This document shows, piece by piece, positions 1-6,930 of a stretch of 41,190 nucleotides of DNA. The translations under genes and the position numbers were made by a program. The DNA is from an uncultured Bacteroidales bacterium (GTDB taxonomy: Bacteria > Bacteroidota > Bacteroidia > Bacteroidales > Muribaculaceae). The stretch covers positions 1-41,190 of the forward strand of contig CANOUR010000012.1 in NCBI GenBank assembly GCA_947570265.1, given 5' to 3'. The stretch's first letter is position 1, and each line of letters starts with the position of its first letter. The notes beneath the pieces are model-generated. The model ran no database searches and was not told where the DNA came from. It saw only the letters and a program-made list of their open reading frames with translations.

Positions 1-959
1 GGTTTCATGCGGTCTTTATCGGCCTGCGTGACATATGAGGCATACTCTGCATCGTTAGAAAGCAATGGGAAAATATAATCGTCGGACTTGACATCTTCAT
101 TATGGTAATGTCGGAGAATATCAAGAGCCGGTTCAACAAGCAGCAAGTCGCGCTCCTTGTGATTCTTGCCCATCTGGTAATGAAGTCTGCCAGATGCCGT
201 GACATTGCGCCAACGTAACTGGATGAGGTCGGCAGCGCGTATTCCGGCACAGTAATAACTAAACAGAAAATAATTCTTGCAATGCCATATAAGTGAGTCC
301 TCCGGCAATTCAAGATTGATGATGCGCTGCATCTCACCATCATCAAGTTTTTCCTTTGTGGTCTTTACTCCCTTGTATTTGAAAACAAGGAACGGATCCT
401 TTGAAGCCTCCATAATGCCAACCTCAATAGCACGATGCACCAAAGTTCGCAGGATATTGAACTGCACCTCAATAGTGTTCGGGTGCAACAACTTTCCCGG
501 CTCTCGCTCATTTTCCCACTTGTGAAGGAAATTGTCGAACTTGGTCAGAAAATCCACTGTTAGATCGGCGATAGTAATATCCGCCATACGGCGTTTCTTA
601 TAGAACGCCTCCAGTTTGTTGATGAGTCCGCAATATTTTCGCCAGTTGCGCCAACCTCCACTGTCGTATATCATCTGTGCCCGCTCACGGGCAAACACCA
701 TGAAAGAAGGAGACACCACCTCTGTATTCATCTCTTTGGCGAGAAGCACAGTCGATACCTCACCCTCCTTGTCGAGTTCCTTGTAGGTTTCCTTAGCTTT
801 AGCAAGAATATCCGCAAGTTGAGCATTGAGAAGTTTGGCATCGCGGACACCGCCACGCACCCAGTTCTCACCCTTGCATTTTGCATTGAAGTCCGAGGGT
901 CGAGCCACCTCAATCGGAGTTTTGATAAATTTACGCTTCGCAGATCTGTGAATAAAAAT
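1..959 (-). mobile_element. Tyrosine-type site-specific recombinase/integrase, C-terminal part cut off by the left window edge. Bacteroidetes Int family. The N-terminal start is unresolved because no in-frame ATG/GTG/TTG follows the upstream TAA at 966-968.
   Basis: I hand-translated the minus strand in the frame that runs off position 1. It gives ...RSAKRKFIKTPIEVARPSDF...ADLTVDFLTKFDNFLHKWENEREPGKLLHPNTIEVQFNILRTLVHRAIEVGIME...EKLDDGEMQRIINLELPEDSLIWHCKNYFLFSYYCAGIRAADLIQLRWRNVTASGRLHYQMGKNHKERDLLLVEP...LSNDAEYASYVTQADKDRMKP. The SAM-like N-domain and the start of the catalytic domain are typical of Bacteroides integrases. The first in-frame ATG is at 731. Confidence 0.7.
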
Positions 960-1220
960 GAGGTGTTATACCATAATTGTCGAAAAAATTCGTTATATTC
1001 GCGGTTGGATAGACCGTGTCTATCTAGATGTCTTGAAAAAAGAAGCGTTATGCTTGTCTTGTAGGTGAAACGTAGGAAATCTCCAACAAATGCAAGAGTA
1101 GTGTAGGGGCTATCAGGAATATAGCATGAACTGCTATTGTTGCATCTATACTAATGGTTTCCTCCGGCATTCAATTATGACGAGGCATAGAGTCCACGCT
1201 TTTGTATATTAACCGGCTGC

Positions 1221-2366
1221 ATGGACTACGGCCATGAGTTACCTCTATACCCCTCCCTTATGGCAATCATTGACGTTGTAAAATATCAAACCGTAGATGG
1301 CGAACTTGTTCACAGGTTCGACTCTGACGATTTGCGTATGGGAACCCAACTTGTGGTGCATCCTGCTCAGACTGCTTTCTTTGTTAAGGGAGGCGCTATC
1401 TGCGACGAGTTTTCAGCTGGAACCTACAAACTCGACACTGAGAATATTCCTATTCTAAATAAGATCCTTAACCTTCCTTACGGCTCAGATTCTCCGTTCC
1501 AAGCCGAAGTTTGGTTTGTCAATCAAACCGCGAAACTCAATTTGCCCTGGGGCACACCGCACCCAATCCAAATTGAAGATCCGCGTTATCATATAATAGT
1601 GCCGGTTCGTGCGCATGGTCAATATGGTATCCGAGTAACCAATCCCCGCGCTTTTATGGAAACGCTGATTGGCAGCATGGGCACTTTCTCGTCTGACCAT
1701 ATAGAGCAATTCTATAAAGGCCGAATCATTTCGGCTCTTAATACATTGCTCGCGCAACAGATAGTCAATAATGGTATTTCCATTCTTGACATCAATACTC
1801 TGTTGCTAACAATGTCGGACTCTATCAATGAACAACTCAACGAACTGCTCGGCAAATATGGTGTTTCGATTATTGAGTTTGCTATAATGTCAGTCACTTT
1901 CCCACGGGACGATGAAAGTGTAATCAAACTCAAAAACGCCAAAGACCTCGCCGCTCGTTTGAACATCACTGGCCGCGATGTTTACCAAATGGAGCGCAGC
2001 TTCAATGTTCTTGACGCCGCTGCTAACAATGACGGAGTTGGTGGGCAAATGATGGGTATGGGTGTAGGCTTCGGCGCAGGTATGGGTATCGGCTCTGCCG
2101 TTGGAAACCTCGCCGGGCAATATATGAACACCAATCCCGCGCAAGTTCCACCGCTCCCTCAATCTGTACCCCTTTACTACATTGCCATTAACGGGCAACA
2201 AGTTCCCAACTTGACCGTTGAGGGGATTGCCACCTATATCGTTAATGGCACCGCCAACGCCTCCACTCTTGTATGGACTCCCGGAATGCCCAATTGGCTT
2301 CCGATAGCCCAAGTTCCTGCGTTGGCTTCTCTCCTTAATTCACCGACTCCACCACCATTGCCCTAA
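1221..2366 (+). CDS. SPFH/Band-7 family protein (COG4260 / 'Band_7_1', virion-core-protein-like) with a C-terminal GYF_2/DUF4339-like domain
   Basis: The N-terminal 230 aa (IDVVKYQTVDGELVHRF...GTQLVVHPAQTAFFVKGGAICDEFSAGTYKLDTENIPILNKILNLPYGSDSPFQAEVWFVNQTAKLNLPWGTPHPIQIEDPRYHIIVPVRAHGQYGIRVTNPRAFMETLIG) matches the SPFH family that normally ends in a Zn-ribbon. A Gly/Met-rich linker follows. The C-terminus (YYIAINGQQVPNLTVEGIATYIVNGTANASTLVWTPGMPNWLPIAQVPAL) fits the DUF4339 pattern. Confidence 0.75.
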   Translation: MDYGHELPLYPSLMAIIDVVKYQTVDGELVHRFDSDDLRMGTQLVVHPAQTAFFVKGGAICDEFSAGTYKLDTENIPILNKILNLPYGSDSPFQAEVWFVNQTAKLNLPWGTPHPIQIEDPRYHIIVPVRAHGQYGIRVTNPRAFMETLIGSMGTFSSDHIEQFYKGRIISALNTLLAQQIVNNGISILDINTLLLTMSDSINEQLNELLGKYGVSIIEFAIMSVTFPRDDESVIKLKNAKDLAARLNITGRDVYQMERSFNVLDAAANNDGVGGQMMGMGVGFGAGMGIGSAVGNLAGQYMNTNPAQVPPLPQSVPLYYIAINGQQVPNLTVEGIATYIVNGTANASTLVWTPGMPNWLPIAQVPALASLLNSPTPPPLP

Positions 2367-2378
2367 CTTCGTTGCTCC

Positions 2379-2729
2379 ATGATTAAACAGTCTCCAGTTT
2401 TCATCATCATTCTTTTGGTGATAAACATAGTAGCAGGTCTGATTCTTTCTTGCTACCCTCCGTTCAATATGATATTGAACTGTGTGGTTTTATGTGCTGC
2501 CATTGGCATTGCATATTGGACTAACAAGAAAGAAATCCTCCCTGCCTATAAGTTTTCATTGGCATTCATAGTGCCGGCCATTACGTTCATAGAACTCATT
2601 ATCGGTATTATCTCACCAAGCCAATTACAAGATAATTGGGGCATAATTGCAATACTATGCGGTCTTGCTTTCCAATATCTGTTGACTTACTCTGTAATTC
2701 ACATTTCTTATAAAGCAGAAAGAAGATAG
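2379..2729 (+). CDS. Small integral membrane protein (about 4 predicted TM helices), hypothetical
   Basis: 116-aa ORF lying 12 nt after the SPFH gene. It is strongly hydrophobic (FIIILLVINIVAGLIL...; ILNCVVLCAAIGIAYW; LAFIVPAITFIELIIGII; GIIAILCGLAFQYLL). Operon position with the SPFH protein. Confidence 0.5.
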   Translation: MIKQSPVFIIILLVINIVAGLILSCYPPFNMILNCVVLCAAIGIAYWTNKKEILPAYKFSLAFIVPAITFIELIIGIISPSQLQDNWGIIAILCGLAFQYLLTYSVIHISYKAERR

Positions 2730-2732
2730 ATT

Positions 2733-3788
2733 ATGAAAGCCTTAACGTGTGAAATGTGCGGATGCACGGAAATTGTGCGAAAGGACGGACTATATGTTTG
2801 TCAGGCTTGCGGCACAAAATATTCTGTTGAAGATGCAAAGAAGATGATGATGGAGGGAACCGTCAAGATTGACGGCCCCGTAAAAATAGATGAATCTGAA
2901 AGCCTCTCAAATCTTAGAACTTTAGCGCAGAGAGCGTCCGAAGCCAAAGATTGGGATAGAGCCTATCAGTATTACGAGAAAATTCTCTTAATGGAGCCTA
3001 ACGATTTTGATGCCTACCATAGCACTCAATTCTACCGTGCTTTTCTCGTAAATCAGCAGAATCTTTTTGCCGAACTTTCTTCAAGATTGTTCGTGTTCAA
3101 AAATGCTATTCCGACCATTAATAAACTTTTGAAAGACAAATTTGAAGGTCAGAATGTCGCACAAAAGGCAGTTGCAGTATGGGATCCCGTGTTCAAGAAC
3201 TGCGAGACATTATGGAACGACAATGGCGGAAGAATATCTTCTTGCATCTCTTTCACTGCCGACCAAGCCAAGCAGCAGCGCAATGAACAGAATATGAAAA
3301 TTATAATGGCCAACTGTGTTGCCATTGTTGATTTCATGTTTACACTCGTTAAGGATATACACTCTCAATACGGCACAATCATCCAAAGTTGGTACGTCAC
3401 CTATGCCAAAACTGCTGCCAACTTTGCTTCTCGCACTAAAGATTGCCCTAAGGAAACCTTAGACGCAATCAATAACTTCGTTAAAAATATAGAGCCTAAT
3501 TACACTCCGCAGAAAAAAGTGGGCTGCTATGTCGCTACCGCTGTATACGGCTCATACGATTGCCCTGAAGTTTGGACTTTACGCCGATTCCGTGACTACA
3601 CTCTCGCCGAAACCTGGTATGGTCGTGCGTTTATACGTATTTACTATGCGGTAAGTCCGACTCTTGTTAAGTGGTTTGGCAAATCTCGTTGGTTCAAAGC
3701 TTTTTGTCTTCCCCCAATTGACAAACTTGTTCTGCACCTTCAAGAAAAAGGAGTCGAAAGCATTCCATATCAAGATCGCCAGTGGTAA
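2733..3788 (+). CDS. Zinc-ribbon domain protein with TPR-like helical segment and conserved Cys-containing C-terminal domain; hypothetical
   Basis: The N-terminus CEMCGCTEIVRKDGLYVCQACG is a CxxC...CxxC ribbon. WDRAYQYYEKILLMEPNDFDAY is TPR-like. The C-terminus GCYVATAVYGSYDCPEVWTLRRFRDYTL...GRAFIRIYYAVSP is a recurring bacterial motif that I recognise but cannot name. The gene starts 3 nt after the previous gene. Confidence 0.6.
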   Translation: MKALTCEMCGCTEIVRKDGLYVCQACGTKYSVEDAKKMMMEGTVKIDGPVKIDESESLSNLRTLAQRASEAKDWDRAYQYYEKILLMEPNDFDAYHSTQFYRAFLVNQQNLFAELSSRLFVFKNAIPTINKLLKDKFEGQNVAQKAVAVWDPVFKNCETLWNDNGGRISSCISFTADQAKQQRNEQNMKIIMANCVAIVDFMFTLVKDIHSQYGTIIQSWYVTYAKTAANFASRTKDCPKETLDAINNFVKNIEPNYTPQKKVGCYVATAVYGSYDCPEVWTLRRFRDYTLAETWYGRAFIRIYYAVSPTLVKWFGKSRWFKAFCLPPIDKLVLHLQEKGVESIPYQDRQW

Positions 3789-3846
3789 TTGACAGGTTAC
3801 GACCAAGGTTACACCTATATATAAATTAATAAACTCTATATGTTGC

Positions 3847-4668
3847 ATGGATAATAATCTGAACCTCTTGCCTCCAGATGCCCCGATTTCACAAGAAAAA
3901 CAAGGAGCGTCTGACACGCAAGTTCCCCAACCGCCCCAACCACCTCAACTTCCCAAAAAGAAAAAAGGGAAAGGTTGTCTCATTGCAGTTGGCATCTTCG
4001 TTTTTCTTATGATATTAATTGCTATTTTCTCTGATGGTGACAACCAAGCAAAAAGTGACTCAGATGGTCTCGTAACCGATTCAACAGAAGTAGTTACTGA
4101 AGACATTGAGCACGCTGCGGCGGTAGCTACAGAAGAAGCTACAGAAGTAGTTACCGAAGACATTGAGCAAACCGCGGCGGTAGGTATTGATTCTGCCAAG
4201 ATTAGAAAACTTAGACCTTTCTTCACCGAGAAAAAAGACGAGTTTAAGGGAATTGTTTGGATCGAACCTAAAGCCCGGCCCAAATATACTAATGCGAACG
4301 GAATATGCACCTATTTCGCTCTCAATTCAGAGGGCAAGCCTGGAAACCTTCGTTTCCGTATTCAATATTATGCAAACGATTGGTTGTTTATTAACAGTTA
4401 TACTTTCTTGATTGACGGTAACATTTACACGTTCTCGAATCCCGATGTTGAGCGCGATAATAACAGCATGATATGGGAGTGGTCCGATACAGGTGTCGCT
4501 CAAAGTGGAGAAGTAGCTCAAATTCTGAATGCAATTAAGAACGCTAAAGAGGTAAAAATACGCTTTAATGGGCGCCAATATTATAAGGACAAAGTTCTCA
4601 CCCAAAAGGATATCAAAGCTATACAGCAACCAATAGAATACTTTGAAGCATTGGGCGGAAGATTCTAA
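3847..4668 (+). CDS. Single-pass membrane-anchored protein with Pro-rich cytoplasmic tail, tandemly duplicated acidic linker and C-terminal globular domain; hypothetical
   Basis: PQPPQPPQLPKKKKGKG is followed by the TM helix CLIAVGIFVFLMILIAIF. The duplicated linker is TEVVTEDIEHAAAVATEEA / TEVVTEDIEQTAAVGIDSA, and the C-terminal domain spans roughly GIVWIEPKARPKY...RFNGRQYYKD. This is the last gene of the AT-rich cassette. Confidence 0.55.
   Translation: MDNNLNLLPPDAPISQEKQGASDTQVPQPPQPPQLPKKKKGKGCLIAVGIFVFLMILIAIFSDGDNQAKSDSDGLVTDSTEVVTEDIEHAAAVATEEATEVVTEDIEQTAAVGIDSAKIRKLRPFFTEKKDEFKGIVWIEPKARPKYTNANGICTYFALNSEGKPGNLRFRIQYYANDWLFINSYTFLIDGNIYTFSNPDVERDNNSMIWEWSDTGVAQSGEVAQILNAIKNAKEVKIRFNGRQYYKDKVLTQKDIKAIQQPIEYFEALGGRF
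4084..4190 (+). repeat. Two-copy tandem repeat with a 57-nt period, inside the CDS 3847..4668
   Basis: acagaagtagttactgaagacattgagca at 4084-4112 recurs as acagaagtagttaccgaagacattgagca at 4141-4169. Each copy is followed by a cgcggcggtag-like segment. Confidence 0.8.
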
Positions 4669-4771
4669 TAAGATAGTGTAACTAAGAATTTTTGAGGCGT
4701 TGCGGCACCGCCGCTGCGCTTTCGTGAACCGGACCTTGATCTCGACCATGAGGCATCAATACCATAACTCG

Positions 4772-4804
4772 GACTCTCGGAGAAATCCGGGAGTCTTTGT
4801 TTGG
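4772..4804 (+). terminator. Putative intrinsic terminator of the 4-gene cassette
   Basis: 9-bp stem gactctcgg/ccgggagtc (one G-U wobble) with an agaaat loop, followed by tttgtttgg. Confidence 0.45.
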
Positions 4805-4861
4805 TACAAGCGTCCGCGATGGCATATTTAATGTGGATTCTTATATCGAACTTATGCTATA

Positions 4862-4900
4862 TTAATGCCAAGCCACACTTGAGATGTAGCTTGGCATTAA
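4862..4900. repeat. Perfect 12-bp stem/15-nt loop inverted repeat in the island-to-core junction
   Basis: ttaatgccaagc (4862-4873) is the reverse complement of gcttggcattaa (4889-4900). It sits in a 360-bp noncoding stretch where the AT-rich island meets the GC-rich purF-like gene. It could be an att/recombination site or a terminator. Confidence 0.5.
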
Positions 4901-5031
4901 ATTTCAGTATTTTGATTGTGTCCTATTCGGAAACAGATTATTTGTCCCCAAAATCATATTTCAGCAGTGGGTGCTGCTGCTTGCGATGATTTTTACATGG
5001 TTGCATTTCACTGATGGATACTGACGATGGG

Positions 5032-6921
5032 TCAGCGACGGGTGGGGTTGCCTTCAAAGTAGTTGATGTATGCTTTGTTGACGAGGCGTATGCCGCCCGG
5101 TGTGGGGTAGTCGCCGGAGAAGTACCAGTCGCCGGGGGATGTGGGCACGGCTTTGTGCAGTCCTTCGATGCTCTGATAGAGTATGTCGACTTTGGCTCCG
5201 GTCGAGGGCGGTGTGAGCATTGCGGCAATCTTGGCTGAGATCTGTTCGTCGGTAAATGGTTCGTAGATGGCTTTGACGCAGTTTTCGAGTTTGGCGGGAT
5301 CGGTGATGTGCTCTTGTCGTAGACAGCGTTCGTAGACTTCGCGCAACAGGGCGTCGCGGCCGGTTTCCTTTATGAGTTCGACTGCTGCCCGGAATGCGAT
5401 AAATTCGCTAAGCCGTGACATGTCGATACCGTAGTAGTCGGGGTAGCGTACCTGTGGCGATGATGACACGACTATGATGCGGCGGGGGGCGAGGCGGTCG
5501 AGCATGCTGATGATTGACTGGCGGAGTGTTGTGCCCCGGACAATTGAGTCGTCGATGACTACGAGTGTGTCGCGGTGGTTGTCGATGAGTCCGTATGTGA
5601 CGTCGTAGACATGGGCGGCAAGTTCGTTGCGGCTTTCGCCTTCGGCGATGAATGTGCGGAGTTTGATGTCTTTTATGGCTACTTTTTCAACGCGTAGTTT
5701 GTGAGCCATAATGTTTTCGAGGTTTTCGCGTGACAGATCTCCGTCGGCTGCCGCTTGCAGTATGCTGTCGGTTTTTAGACGATCCAGTTCGGCTTCGAGT
5801 CCGTCGATCATGCCGCGAAATGCCACTTCTGCGGTGTTGGGTATGAATGAAAAGACCGTATGATCCAGCTCGTCGTGGAGCATTTCCATGAGTCTGGGCA
5901 CGAGGTTTCGGCCGAGAGCCTTGCGCTCTTGATAGATGTCGGCGTCGCTACCGCGTGAGAAGTATATGCGTTCGAACGAGCAACGCTGGTTGGTGTCTTC
6001 GCTGAGTATGTCGACGATCTTGAATTCTCCGCGCTTTGTGACTATGAGGGCTGATCCGGGTGTGAGTTCCTCGATTTGCGACTTGCGCACGTTGAGTACT
6101 GTCTGGATTACGGGGCGTTCGGATGCGAGGACTACGATTTCATCGTCGTGGTAATAGTAGGCGGGGCGTATGCCGTGGCTGTCGCGCAGGGCAAACATGT
6201 CGCCCGATCCTGTGGCTCCGCACATGACAAATCCGCCGTCCCAGCTGCCGGCAGCTCCTTTCAGCATTCGCGCGACATCGATGCGGTCTTCGATCTCCAT
6301 GGTGAGCCGTGGTTCGTCGAGGGTGTCCCGCAGCTGCCGGTATATTCGTGAGTGCTCATGGTCGAGGGCGTAACCGAGTTGTTCGAGCAGTACGATGGTG
6401 TCGCTGTAGATGCGGGGGTGCTGTCCTTTCTGCACGACGGAGTTGAACATATCCTCGACATTGGTCATGTTGAAGTTGCCGCACATCAACAGGTTGCGAG
6501 AACGCCAGTTGTTGCGGCGGAGAAATGGATGGACGTAGGTTATGCCCTTTTTGCCGGTCGTGGAATAGCGTAGGTGACCCATGTATATCTCGCCGAGGAA
6601 GGGCACTTCCTCCTCGACTTCCCTCGATGTCGGGTCGGCGCACAATGCTGCGTCGACCTGAGGTCGGATAACGGAGAAAATATCCTGTATGGCACCTGTG
6701 CCGAGTGCTCGCTCGCGGAACACATATTCGTGGCCGGGCAGGGCATGCAGCTTGACGACGCCGACGCCGGCACCTTCCTGCCCACGGTTGTGCTGTTTCT
6801 CCATGAGCAGGTAAAGTTTGTTGAGGGCATAGGCATATGTGCCGTACTTTTCCTTATAGTATTCGAGCGGTTTGAGTAGGCGTATCATCGCCACACCGCA
6901 TTCGTGTTTGAGTTGTTCCAT
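5032..6921 (-). CDS. PurF-family class-II glutamine amidotransferase / amidophosphoribosyltransferase-like protein (long 629-aa form)
   Basis: N-terminal Ntn motif MEQLKHECGV (Cys nucleophile). PRTase signature VVIDDSIVRGTTLRQSI. It lies 9 nt downstream of gltB on the same strand. Confidence 0.8.
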   Translation of the reverse strand: MEQLKHECGVAMIRLLKPLEYYKEKYGTYAYALNKLYLLMEKQHNRGQEGAGVGVVKLHALPGHEYVFRERALGTGAIQDIFSVIRPQVDAALCADPTSREVEEEVPFLGEIYMGHLRYSTTGKKGITYVHPFLRRNNWRSRNLLMCGNFNMTNVEDMFNSVVQKGQHPRIYSDTIVLLEQLGYALDHEHSRIYRQLRDTLDEPRLTMEIEDRIDVARMLKGAAGSWDGGFVMCGATGSGDMFALRDSHGIRPAYYYHDDEIVVLASERPVIQTVLNVRKSQIEELTPGSALIVTKRGEFKIVDILSEDTNQRCSFERIYFSRGSDADIYQERKALGRNLVPRLMEMLHDELDHTVFSFIPNTAEVAFRGMIDGLEAELDRLKTDSILQAAADGDLSRENLENIMAHKLRVEKVAIKDIKLRTFIAEGESRNELAAHVYDVTYGLIDNHRDTLVVIDDSIVRGTTLRQSIISMLDRLAPRRIIVVSSSPQVRYPDYYGIDMSRLSEFIAFRAAVELIKETGRDALLREVYERCLRQEHITDPAKLENCVKAIYEPFTDEQISAKIAAMLTPPSTGAKVDILYQSIEGLHKAVPTSPGDWYFSGDYPTPGGIRLVNKAYINYFEGNPTRR

Positions 6922-6930
6922 CGGATTGGG

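Noticed and set aside
4669-5031. Possible tRNA gene as integration target at island junction
   Set aside because: No cloverleaf-compatible sequence or T-loop (GTTCRANYC) motif found here or elsewhere in the window.
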